A DNA stretch of 64,000 bases from Parcubacteria group bacterium (GTDB lineage Bacteria > Patescibacteriota > Minisyncoccia > Phycocordibacterales > UBA2135), in NCBI GenBank assembly GCA_016204045.1, contig JACQLQ010000004.1, positions 100,927 through 164,926 on the forward strand, in the 5' to 3' direction. This document shows, one piece after another, positions 36,783 through 45,152 of this stretch; positions within the stretch are counted from its first letter, which is position 1; each line of letters starts with the position of its first letter. The translations under genes were made by a program, and so were the position numbers. The notes beneath the pieces are model-generated. The model was not told the DNA's origin. It saw only the letters and a list, made by a program, of their open reading frames with translations, and ran no database searches.

Positions 36783-36891
36783 TGTGACTCCTGTCGCTCA
36801 AGTTGCCGCCCTGGACGCCCGGTTGGGCACGCTTGAGGGAAAGAGGCGTCCGGATTTTTTATATCATAAAATACGAAAATTGTCTGCCTTC

Positions 36892-37155
36892 TTATTTGGA
36901 GCGATGCGGACATCCAGCCCAACAACAGGGCCGACGCATCCCGCCTCTAAGCTTCGAGAGCGCCTTCGCAATACGGATACTCCTCGTCTCCGCTTTTTTG
37001 CCAGAGGTAACCCAGCAGATCCACTCATTGCGTGCGAGTGGTGTAATGTCCTCCCATACTGCTCGTGCCGCCTTGTCAGAAGCAATAGCCTTCCGTAAAT
37101 CCGTTGGCACTGTATGCAAAACTTCTTTTTGAGTCATAGATTCATTTTGCATCAA
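36892..37155 (-). CDS. YdeI/OmpD-associated (bacteriocin-protection) family small protein
   Basis: WEDITPLARNEWICWVTSGKKAETRSIRIAKAL...RRPCCWAGCPHR resembles the conserved YdeI-family C-terminus. Confidence 0.45.
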   Translation of the reverse strand: MMQNESMTQKEVLHTVPTDLRKAIASDKAARAVWEDITPLARNEWICWVTSGKKAETRSIRIAKALSKLRGGMRRPCCWAGCPHRSK

Positions 37156-37222
37156 TTGCGCTGTTAGATAAAGTTAACTTTCTAAAAAGAAAAACCGTCC
37201 AGCGGAAGCCGGGCGGTAGTGA

Positions 37223-37438
37223 TTAACGTGCAATTTGGATGAGCCAACCCAATTGGTAGAGCGTGGCGAAGCCGTCCATGCCAGCAAGAGCGAACAAGGC
37301 AATCTTTATGAAGACATTCACCCAACCGTATTTTGACCAGATAACACCAAGGATGAAAAAAGCGATAGCGCTTATCAAAAGCAGCAGGTCGGAATTGGCG
37401 AAGAAGTCCATTGCAGCGCCTTTCCTTTGTCGGTGCAA
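37223..37438 (-). CDS. Small membrane protein (71 aa)
   Basis: Two TM helices. Confidence 0.35.
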   Translation of the reverse strand: MHRQRKGAAMDFFANSDLLLLISAIAFFILGVIWSKYGWVNVFIKIALFALAGMDGFATLYQLGWLIQIAR

Positions 37439-37523
37439 ACACCAAAAACTAAGTTGTTTATATTCTATTCTCTATAGTGTGTCAAACCTTGCTCGAGAAA
37501 TTAAAAAGGGTGAGCACCTATCG

Positions 37524-37982
37524 CTAGGTGCCCCCCTGAAGTCGTGACCGGATCCGCGTGAGCCGCTCGCAGAACTCGCGTTCGGTAAGGACCGTGTCGC
37601 TCGGATTTTGAGTCCCGATTGAGTGGGTCAGTACCGCATCGCCTGTCGCGAGCAGCGCCTCACGGAAAGATTGATTCTCGGCGAGAGCGTCAAACGCCCT
37701 GTCGAGTAGCTCCTGGTATTGCTTGCCGTGACGGTCGTACGCCACGCCATTCCACCAGAGCTTTTGAACTCGCTTCCACGCTCCGCTCTGTTCCTGGCCG
37801 CGGCGCTTGGCGCTGAAGCCAATGAGCTTGCACACTTCGACTTGGATGCGGGGGTCGTCGTACTTGAACGCCTGCAACAACCCCTCCATCGAAGAACACT
37901 TCACCCCGTCAAACACAAACGAACGAGGTGCGAAGTTGGTCACTTCCGAAGCGGGGTATGCCGACCTCGAACCGATGTCCAC
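37524..37982 (-). CDS. Possible NADAR (YbiA/DUF1768)-like protein
   Basis: Weak resemblance (FAPRSFVFDGVKCSSMEGLLQAFKY...WWNGVAY...ALLATGDAVLTHS) to the NADAR N-glycosidase/ADP-ribose-processing fold. Low confidence. Confidence 0.3.
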   Translation of the reverse strand: MDIGSRSAYPASEVTNFAPRSFVFDGVKCSSMEGLLQAFKYDDPRIQVEVCKLIGFSAKRRGQEQSGAWKRVQKLWWNGVAYDRHGKQYQELLDRAFDALAENQSFREALLATGDAVLTHSIGTQNPSDTVLTEREFCERLTRIRSRLQGGT

Positions 37983-39000
37983 GATGCACCTCCTGTGTCA
38001 GGTGGAAAGTAAATAGTATCATATAAAACAGCTTCTGTCAAACCAACAAATTCTTGCGAAACGTTTTGTTTGGTAAAGAACGGTGCCTGTCCCCGTTTCC
38101 GTTTTGAATTGACTTATTGTCCCCAGGTTTGCTAGGATATCGGTTCTATACGTTTTACAATATAAGGAAAGCAAAACACCCCTTTCGGGATGTTTGCTCG
38201 TAAGATTTCCTTACGTTTACGGAAAACCGTTCTTGCTTTGCAGGGGCGGTTTTCGTTTTCCCTGCGACAAGATTACTTGTCCCTTTTTGCATCGCCGTAC
38301 CCGGGAAGAGGCAAGTGTTCAACAGTTGAGGATTTCTTTTCTCGAGCTTTCTCGAGTTCCTCAAACTGACCTTCCTTGTTCCGTCCGGCGAGCCTTGATT
38401 GTCTTTCAGACATCTTGGCATGGTTTTGTCAGTCCATAAACTGCCAGCTCTACAGGGGTCTAAGCTGGTTATGTGCTAAGCGTCCCCTGTCGAGGGAACG
38501 ACCATTTCTCAGAGGAGAAACTTGGCAAACAAAAAGCTCTATTGGCCGAGGTTTGTGGGTTACATCAGTTCCCCGATGTTCCCCTGCGTTAGCAGGGTTT
38601 TCACCCCGCAAACACCCGCCACTAGAGCTTTTGACTTTTGTTCGAGTATTTGTTTTGCTAAACCATCGGCCGCCTTTCTTTTAAACCCCATAACCTCGAA
38701 AGACAGAAGGTTACCTCCTAAGTATACGCCTACTGGATAAAGTCAACAAATCCAATTCTGTGGATAACCAGAATAATGATGGAGACGGGGGTGTAAAAAT
38801 GGAAAATGGCCAAGGACCGTGGTACCAGCACTTAGATACCGTACAGGTGTGCCTTTGTGACTGTTGAGGGACTGACCGAAGAAGGGACGTGTTTTGTTCG
38901 GGAAACCTCCTTCACGAAAGAGCGCGTCTCACTGATTGCCTCACGTATAAAACCCGAGGTCGCAGAGTTCTGAGCCATCTCATCAAAGTCCTGAAAGGGC
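37983..39000. other. ~1-kb interval without credible coding potential; candidate large structured ncRNA or decayed gene
   Basis: Only short conflicting ORFs on both strands. Multiple stable hairpins, e.g. caggggtctaagc...gcgtcccctg and cccctgc-gtta-gcaggg. No tmRNA or 5S signature was recognised. Confidence 0.3.
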
Positions 39001-39966
39001 TTATTTTTTTGTTTTTTTGGCTTGATTTTCATTGTTTTTCTTTGCTTTTACTTTACCTTGAGCTGACGGGGTTGGCGTGAACTCAAGGAGCTTTATTTCT
39101 TGTTCGTCTGTATGGTTTCGTATTTGGAGCGAAAGACCGAGTGCTTCCATGATAACTTCGAGATCACCTTTCGCGTTTTCCACAGCAAACCCAAGTTCCG
39201 CAAGCTCTTCCGTATCTATTATGAACTCGTGGGACGGGTAATCATACACCATACGGTGTATAACTGGCTTTGCCTTTTCTGCACTCCAACCCATATAGCG
39301 TAGCAAAATGCGAACGCCGTATTGTTCACCAATATCAAGGGCGCGGGCATATTCCGTGATGCTCTTTGGATGTATTTGATTGTAAAGACAACCGCTCGTG
39401 TTTCCAGAAAACTCAATGGCAAGTTTTATGACATCTTGCAGTCGCATCCTGTTTCTTGTGCGATGAAGGATGAGTTTGGTTGCTATGTCCAAATTTTCTA
39501 CCGCGTGATTCTGTATTTGCTCGAGGGATTTATAACCATTCAACGCCGATTTGAATGTGTCCACATCTCCTTCCTGTTGCTCTGGTATCTGTACGTCAAG
39601 GGGCCCGAGTTCTGAAGTCGTCGCCATAACGAGCGTCTCCCCCGCAAGAGAGATGAGGGTGCCCGCACTCTTTGCATAGGTAGGAACCACAATGTTTACG
39701 CGCTTAGTGTGTTTCCGCAGCAACTTCACTATCTTATAGGCGGACTCAATATGGCCGCCCGGAGTTTCCAAAATAACATCGAGCTCATCAAAATTTTTGC
39801 CGCGCAGCTTGTTTTGGGTCAATATGACCGACGCTGGTGTGACCGTGCCCATACGCAAGAGAAGAGCTGGCTTTTTTCGCTCAGCCACAAATGCTTTCAA
39901 CTGCTTTGCGAACTTATCTTCCTTCGGCGCTGAAGCGGCTACTTCGTTCATATCGTTGCTGATCAT
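39001..39966 (-). CDS. ClpP-fold serine peptidase (SDH/S49-like) with Lys-rich C-terminal tail
   Basis: LETPGGHIESAYKIVKLL and VPTYAKSAGTLISLAGE are the ClpP/SppA-class Ser nucleophile-region motifs. ATG at 39966. Tail KVKAKKNNENQAKKTKK. Confidence 0.55.
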   Translation of the reverse strand: MISNDMNEVAASAPKEDKFAKQLKAFVAERKKPALLLRMGTVTPASVILTQNKLRGKNFDELDVILETPGGHIESAYKIVKLLRKHTKRVNIVVPTYAKSAGTLISLAGETLVMATTSELGPLDVQIPEQQEGDVDTFKSALNGYKSLEQIQNHAVENLDIATKLILHRTRNRMRLQDVIKLAIEFSGNTSGCLYNQIHPKSITEYARALDIGEQYGVRILLRYMGWSAEKAKPVIHRMVYDYPSHEFIIDTEELAELGFAVENAKGDLEVIMEALGLSLQIRNHTDEQEIKLLEFTPTPSAQGKVKAKKNNENQAKKTKK

Positions 39967-40123
39967 GATAACAGAATGTAACCTATAGTAAAGAATGGAA
40001 ATGGTGGAAATGGGGACCTTGTGGGAATGGAGGGAATAGGGACAGTCACAATTGTTTTTTTTGGAAACTCCCCAGAGTAAAGCGCGTCGTCCAACAACTG
40101 ATTGAAATGGTTTTAGAAGGAGG

Positions 40124-40399
40124 CTATTTAGCGGGTTGGTTGGTCTTCGCTTTTCCGGCCATGCGTTCGTGCTCTGCGGTAATGAGCTTTCTTGATTCGT
40201 CGCCGTCGCCATGGACACGGCGAGTCTGCGCCTTGAAGGTGCGCATGTGTCTCCGGGTGGAGTTCGAGAGCCGCTTTGGCATCCCGTTAGAAACAGTGGC
40301 TACCGCCTGCTTGCCCGCCGTAGCTTTAGCGGAGGCGGGTGATGACGTTTCTTTAGTCTTTTTAGTTTTAGTTGATACTTTGGGCATAAGTAGCTCCAT
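40124..40399 (-). CDS. Small basic protein; C-terminal 52 aa resemble ribosomal protein bL32
   Basis: MPKRLSNSTRRHMRT... compares with bL32 AVPKRKTSKSRRDMRRSH. AGGGGAA precedes the ATG at 40399. The N-terminal 39 aa are Lys/Thr/Ala-rich. Confidence 0.3.
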   Translation of the reverse strand: MELLMPKVSTKTKKTKETSSPASAKATAGKQAVATVSNGMPKRLSNSTRRHMRTFKAQTRRVHGDGDESRKLITAEHERMAGKAKTNQPAK

Positions 40400-40518
40400 T
40401 TCCCCTGTTCAGACTCAACGCAATGCTCGAGTCTCTAAGGGGATAAGTGATTGCCCAGTCTAGCACATGAGGGAATAAACACAAAACACCCGCCGTGAGG
40501 CGGGTGTTTTGTTTCAGG

Positions 40519-40719
40519 TTAGACGCGCTTTACGTTCACCGCGTTTGGACCCTTAGGTCCTGTGGTGATCTCGAAAGTGACTTTGTCACCTTCGTTGAGC
40601 TCGTCAAATGTGGTGCCCTGAAGTTCATTAGCGTGGAAAAAGAGTTCCTTTTCCTGGCCTGGGACGGAGATAAATCCGTAACCGCGGTCCATTTTTTTCG
40701 CGACTGTTCCTTCTTGCAT
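40519..40719 (-). CDS. cspA: Cold-shock protein (CspA family)
   Basis: 66 aa. GTVAKKMDRGYGFISV (RNP1-like) and LFFHANEL (RNP2-like). Confidence 0.85.
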   Translation of the reverse strand: MQEGTVAKKMDRGYGFISVPGQEKELFFHANELQGTTFDELNEGDKVTFEITTGPKGPNAVNVKRV

Positions 40720-41037
40720 ATCGTTGATTTATTTGAGTTCTCTGTAAGAGAAACTTTTCTACTAATTCAAACCGCTCTGTAACGACAAAACCCGACCTTC
40801 GTTTCTCTTACAGACACGATTTGATCCTCCTACCCTAGCATACTTCCGCAAACTTTGCAAGCCCCCACACCTTTCCTCGCAATATTGTCCCCGACAACGC
40901 GCTTTGCGCCTTGCGGGGAAAGGTGTGGGGGCAAGCCCTCTTTTTCGTTGCTTTTGTGCCTTTTTCTGGTATTCTCTAGATACATTCCCCGGTACCTGTC
41001 CGCAGGCAGAGCGCAGTGTACAATGGTGTATGTTTAT

Positions 41038-41109
41038 TCCCCGGTAGCGCAGCGGTAGCGCAGCGCGCTGTTAACGCGTTGGTCGTAGGTTCGAATCCTA
41101 CCCGGGGAG
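41038..41109 (+). tRNA. tRNA-Asn (anticodon GTT)
   Basis: Cloverleaf with acceptor tccccgg/ccgggga, D-arm gcgc-agcggta-gcgc, anticodon arm gcgcg-ctGTTaa-cgcgt, and T-arm gtagg-ttcgaat-cctac. Discriminator G. No encoded CCA. Confidence 0.85.
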
Positions 41110-41286
41110 TTTGAGTGAAACGAAGAACGACCCGGGTAGGATTGGGAGAGGGTCGGAGAACGGGAGTTCTCCGTGGAGGAACGCAGCTCCTCTGCTGGGC
41201 AGAGGAGCGTTGAGAACCGTGGGTTCTCAAGGAGGAGTCCGCCAATCGGCGGACGACGACGTCTTACTCCGTGGAGCTTAGTTAAT
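41110..41286 (+). other. Array of four consecutive stem-loops immediately 3' of tRNA-Asn
   Basis: cggagaac-ggga-gttctccg; gctcctctgc-tggg-cagaggagc; gagaacc-gtg-ggttctc; gtccgcc-aat-cggcggac. Confidence 0.3.
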
Positions 41287-41448
41287 ATGAACAAGATCAT
41301 CAAGGTAACTTCTTTCTTTCTGGCAATATTGTTCGGAGCATTTATGGTTGTATACGGCGGAATTGACGACAGCCCCGGCGGGCAGGTTCTCGGACTCCTA
41401 GTAGCTATCGTTGGCGTTGTGGGCGTGCTGAGGACCAAACTGACCTAA
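41287..41448 (+). CDS. Small membrane protein (53 aa)
   Basis: MNKIIKVTSFFLAILFGAF... GGAG lies about 11 nt upstream of the ATG. Two TM segments. Confidence 0.3.
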   Translation: MNKIIKVTSFFLAILFGAFMVVYGGIDDSPGGQVLGLLVAIVGVVGVLRTKLT

Positions 41449-41573
41449 ACAAAGTGTCCACAAAAAACACTCCGACAATCTTGAGATTGTTGGAGTGTTT
41501 TTTGTTGGGGTCGGGATTGACCTCGACGGGGCCATCTGTTTAAATGGCGGGAGATAGGTAGGGCTAGAAGTAG

Positions 41574-42083
41574 ATGATCCTCCAGTGTGGTTTCGCCGCC
41601 CAGTTCTATGTCGCTCCCGAAGCGGGTGCTCCGATGGAACGTCGACCGTCGATACGGGTTATGAAAGGCAGAGGCATCGTCGATGACCGGTATAGTAGTG
41701 GTGCGGGATTCTTTACCGACGCGAAACGCACGGTAATCAAACACGTGACCTTTATCGAGATGGAGGCAATCGAGGGTGCCCGGACTGACCGCAAGCGCCC
41801 ACTCCCCAACCTCCTCCCCGAATACACGCGCCGAAACATCGTGACCTGCGGCGTCGCCCTGAACCACATGATCGATAGGGAATTCATGACTTCGCGAGGA
41901 GTTTTCTTCAGGGGGATCGAACTTGCCGAACCGTGCGAACGCCCGGCAAAGCTCGCCCACGAACAGTACGGCCGTGACATTATCGGCTTCAAAGAGACCA
42001 TGCGCCATCGCGGCGGGATCCGCGCCGAAGTGTTGACCGATGGCATCATCGAAGAAGGAGACACGATCATCTTCATGGCATAA
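41574..42083 (+). CDS. MOSC-domain protein (YiiM-like)
   Basis: RGIVDDRY, GVALNHM, AEPCERPAKL (conserved Cys), and GGIRAEVLTDGIIEEGDTI match the MOCO-sulfurase C-terminal beta-barrel domain. Confidence 0.6.
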   Translation: MILQCGFAAQFYVAPEAGAPMERRPSIRVMKGRGIVDDRYSSGAGFFTDAKRTVIKHVTFIEMEAIEGARTDRKRPLPNLLPEYTRRNIVTCGVALNHMIDREFMTSRGVFFRGIELAEPCERPAKLAHEQYGRDIIGFKETMRHRGGIRAEVLTDGIIEEGDTIIFMA

Positions 42084-42104
42084 AGCCGACACACCCCGCC
42101 AACT

Positions 42105-42137
42105 CGCGGGTTTTTTAATGCAATTAAAAAACCCGCG
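42105..42137. terminator. Bidirectional terminator
   Basis: cgcggg-ttttttaatgcaattaaaaaa-cccgcg. Confidence 0.55.
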
Positions 42138-42188
42138 TCTGCAGTCCACCGAATGGTGAACACTGACGCGGGACTTTAGAAAAATGAG

Positions 42189-42488
42189 CTAAGCTGCGAC
42201 ACCCTGTGCTTGCGAACGTGCAGCACTCGGGAAAAGCGGACAATGGTTGCAATGAAGATGGCCTTCGTACCCGTTGGGGTAATTGATGCTCGGCTTCTTG
42301 CACGTCGGACACTTGAAGAAATAGAACGGGAGAAACCCAGTCCAACCCTCGTACTTGCGCTCGCCCACGGAGATGCAGCGACCCAAGTGGTACCACACCT
42401 TCTTCCACCACGGAAGCGTGCGGAGCATGATCTTTGCTTCGCGCGCAAGCTCGTGCCGATCCAACGGGAACTCGCAGGTCACTCGCAT
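42189..42488 (-). CDS. Hypothetical zinc-ribbon protein (99 aa)
   Basis: CPTC...CNHC pair. Confidence 0.35.
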   Translation of the reverse strand: MRVTCEFPLDRHELAREAKIMLRTLPWWKKVWYHLGRCISVGERKYEGWTGFLPFYFFKCPTCKKPSINYPNGYEGHLHCNHCPLFPSAARSQAQGVAA

Positions 42489-42580
42489 TTACGAACCATC
42501 CTATGCTGTCGTTTCTAAAAAAGACCATACCACATCCATAGACAGAGCGCAAGAGAGACACTGACCACTAAGAGCCCCTG

Positions 42581-42623
42581 TGGACAAATAAGGAAAAGGT
42601 TCAACCTTTTCCTTATTTGTCCA
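42581..42623. repeat. Perfect 19-bp inverted repeat with 5-nt loop
   Basis: tggacaaataaggaaaagg-ttcaa-ccttttccttatttgtcca, just downstream of ung. The flanking U-tract is on the wrong side for a canonical terminator. Confidence 0.5.
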
Positions 42624-42662
42624 CAAAAGCAAAAAACAAAAAAACAAAGGAGTCGGGGGCGC

Positions 42663-43373
42663 TTACCACTCTATCGGTGCTTGTCCCTGCTTCTCTAAAT
42701 ACTCATTTGCCTGACTAAAGTGTTTTGATCCGAAAAAGCCGTTAGATGCGGAGTAGGGTGAAGGATGCGCCGCAACTAAGACAAGATGTTTTTCAAAATC
42801 GATGATGCTCCCCTTTTCCTCTGCATACCGCCCCCAAAGCATGAAGACCAAGTGTTCGCGCTTTTCTGAAAGTGCTTTGATGACCGCATCGGTGAATTGC
42901 TCCCACCCCTTACGCTGGTGCGACCCCGGCGAAGAGGCGCGCACGGTGAGCGTTGCGTTTAAGAGGAGCACGCCCTGCTCGGCCCAATAGGTTAAGTCCC
43001 CGCTTTGGTCTTTCGCTGGTCTCCCCAAGTCGCTTTCAATCTCTTTAAAAATGTTTTTGAGCGAAGGCGGAGGAGTGACACCCTTACCCACAGCAAAACA
43101 CAATCCATTCGCCTGCCCCTTACCATGGTAAGGATCCTGCCCCAAGATGACCACCTTCACCTTGTCGAAAGGTGTCAAATCAAGCGCACGAAAAATATGC
43201 TTCGCCGGTGGATAGATGGTCGCCTCCTGGTACTCGCCACGCACAAACTCTGTGAGCTCCTTAAAATATGGTTTCTCAAATTCATCTTTCAAAACACGCT
43301 TCCACGATGCCTCTATGCGGACATTGGAATCCCCTGGCTTATTCTCGTTAGAAAATGACGACTCCATAGACAT
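42663..43373 (-). CDS. ung: Uracil-DNA glycosylase (family 1)
   Basis: GQDPYH, GVLLLNATLTV and HPSPYS motifs. ATG at 43373 overlaps the upstream stop (TAATG). Confidence 0.85.
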   Translation of the reverse strand: MSMESSFSNENKPGDSNVRIEASWKRVLKDEFEKPYFKELTEFVRGEYQEATIYPPAKHIFRALDLTPFDKVKVVILGQDPYHGKGQANGLCFAVGKGVTPPPSLKNIFKEIESDLGRPAKDQSGDLTYWAEQGVLLLNATLTVRASSPGSHQRKGWEQFTDAVIKALSEKREHLVFMLWGRYAEEKGSIIDFEKHLVLVAAHPSPYSASNGFFGSKHFSQANEYLEKQGQAPIEW

Positions 43374-44518
43374 TATGCCGCCTTCCGCAGTTCGGGTACG
43401 ACTTTGTTGAGAACACCGAGAACATAGTCGACCTCTTCCAGAGTATTGTATTTGGAAAAGCCGAAACGCATTGAGGAGCGCTTGATCTCCTCGGAAACGG
43501 GAAGTGCCTCGAGCACGTGGCTCTGAATTACCTTTCCCGCAGCGCATGCGGGACCAATCGAAGCATATATCACCTCTTTCTCGAGTGCTTCCAAAAGCGT
43601 CTTTGCTGGGATCCCGAGAAATGCGGCGTTCAGGGTAGTATAGAGCGCATCTTCGGGAGAGTTGATGCGGACGTTATTCATCGCGCGAAGCCCTGCTAGA
43701 AATTGTTCGCGGAGCGGACGCACATGCCGAACCGTCTCTTCGTGGGTTGCGTAGGCAAGCTCCACCGCCTTGCCCAAGCCAACGATACCGGGCACATTTT
43801 CCGTCCCCGAGCGTAGACTGAACTCCTGCCCGCCACCATTAATGAGCGTTTGCAATTTGATACCCTTGCGAATGAACAGAGCACCCACACCTTTCGGTCC
43901 GTGGAGCTTGTGCGCAGAGAACGCGTAGAGGTCAATGCCGGTCAAATCGACAGGCAGTTTCCCAAACGCTTGGACGCCATCGCAAAACATCACGATTTCC
44001 GGATCGCGCTTTTTCACTTCGGATGCAATCTCATTAACCGGGTAAATCGTACCCAGTTCATTATTAACATGCATGATGGCGACGAGCGCAGTGTTGTCTC
44101 GGAGCGCGTCACGGACAGCCGCAGGAGTAATGCGCCCGTACTCGTCTGGAGTGAGATATGTGGTTTCAAATCCTTCATCACCCAGAGCGCTTAGTGTCTC
44201 GAGTACTGCATCGTGTTCAACAAGACTCGTAACCACGTGGGTACGCCCGACTGCCTTCGCCCTACGCAAAGCGCCCTTAAGCGCGAAGTTAACGCTCTCG
44301 GTAGCACCCGACGTGAAGATGATGCCCCCTTCGTTGCCCAAATACCGCGCGAGAATATCGCGACTTTTCTCCACGGCTTCGCGTGCTTCTCGGCCCTTCA
44401 TGTGCATGCTTCCAGGGTTGCCAAATTTCTCGGACCAATACGGCTCCATTGCGACAAGCACCTCCGGAGCAAGCGGGGTCGTGGCATTATTGTCTAAATA
44501 TACTTCTTCTCTCTTCAT
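43373..44518 (-). CDS. iscS: Cysteine desulfurase (class V aminotransferase, IscS/NifS-like)
   Basis: PLP-Lys region SAHKLHGPKGVGALFIR. 381 aa. Confidence 0.85.
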   Translation of the reverse strand: MKREEVYLDNNATTPLAPEVLVAMEPYWSEKFGNPGSMHMKGREAREAVEKSRDILARYLGNEGGIIFTSGATESVNFALKGALRRAKAVGRTHVVTSLVEHDAVLETLSALGDEGFETTYLTPDEYGRITPAAVRDALRDNTALVAIMHVNNELGTIYPVNEIASEVKKRDPEIVMFCDGVQAFGKLPVDLTGIDLYAFSAHKLHGPKGVGALFIRKGIKLQTLINGGGQEFSLRSGTENVPGIVGLGKAVELAYATHEETVRHVRPLREQFLAGLRAMNNVRINSPEDALYTTLNAAFLGIPAKTLLEALEKEVIYASIGPACAAGKVIQSHVLEALPVSEEIKRSSMRFGFSKYNTLEEVDYVLGVLNKVVPELRKAA

Positions 44519-44526
44519 GATTATAT

Positions 44527-44553
44527 GTTACACTCCCCTCCAATCTGGTACAA
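44527..44553 (+). promoter_or_regulatory. Putative sigma-70-type promoter in divergent intergenic region
   Basis: TTACAC, 15 nt spacer, TACAAT. The -10 hexamer ends 21 nt upstream of the exonuclease ATG. Confidence 0.3.
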
Positions 44554-44573
44554 TAGAACCTACTTTTATTGAT

Positions 44574-45152
44574 ATGAGAAAGATTGTCCTCGATGTCGAA
44601 ACAAAAAATATGTTCTCGGATGTCGGCGGGAACGACCCGACCCTTTTGGATATGTCGCTCGTCTGCATCTACGACTCCCTCACCGATTCGTACTCCTCGT
44701 ATCTCGAGGCGGAGTTGCCAAATCTGTGGCCAATTCTCGAGCAGTCGGATGTTTTGATCGGTTTTAACTCCGACCATTTCGACATACCGCTCTTAAACAA
44801 GTACTACCTGGGCGACCTGACACAAAAGAAAAGTCTCGATCTCCTTGCAGAGGTCAAGAACGTACTTGGTCGCAGGATTAAGCTCGACACCATCGCAGAG
44901 GCGACACTCGGCGTTAAGAAGTCTGGCAATGGCCTTCAAGCCATCGCATGGTGGAGGAATGGTGAAATCGATAAAGTGCGACAATACTGCATCGACGACG
45001 TGCGCATCACCAAAGAAATCTACGAGTACGCGCTCGCAAACGGCCATCTCAAATACAAAGACTGGGACGGTGGGGTACTGCAAATACGACTCAACACCTC
45101 AAAATGGGAGGAGAAGAAAGCGGGAGCCGTGACACAATCACTCCCATTCTAA
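44574..45152 (+). CDS. DEDDy-type 3'-5' exonuclease (DnaQ/RNase D-like)
   Basis: Exo I VLDVETKN, Exo II GFNSDHFDIPLL, Exo III YCIDDVRITKEIYEY. The longer listed ORF starting at 44073 is antisense to iscS and is rejected. Confidence 0.7.
   Translation: MRKIVLDVETKNMFSDVGGNDPTLLDMSLVCIYDSLTDSYSSYLEAELPNLWPILEQSDVLIGFNSDHFDIPLLNKYYLGDLTQKKSLDLLAEVKNVLGRRIKLDTIAEATLGVKKSGNGLQAIAWWRNGEIDKVRQYCIDDVRITKEIYEYALANGHLKYKDWDGGVLQIRLNTSKWEEKKAGAVTQSLPF

Noticed and set aside
40107-40463. 118-aa plus-strand ORF overlapping the bL32-like gene
   Set aside because: The minus-strand ORF has an SD-preceded ATG and the bL32-like motif. The plus-strand ORF has no support.
41043-41065. Tandem ggtagcgcagc duplication
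   Set aside because: It lies inside the D-arm and anticodon stem of tRNA-Asn, so it is part of the tRNA structure rather than a separate repeat.
41038-41109. Possible integrated mobile element at tRNA-Asn
   Set aside because: No integrase, recombinase, phage-like genes or direct repeat of the tRNA 3' end was found downstream. Only the hairpin array is reported, in findings.
41445-42163. Minus-strand ORFs 41445..42149 and 41606..42163 overlapping the MOSC gene
   Set aside because: The plus-strand ORF carries recognisable MOSC-domain motifs. The minus-strand ORFs have none.
44073-45152. 359-aa plus-strand ORF
   Set aside because: Its first ~450 nt are antisense to the cysteine desulfurase gene. 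The real gene is the DEDDy exonuclease starting at the internal ATG at 44574, which has a promoter-like element upstream.
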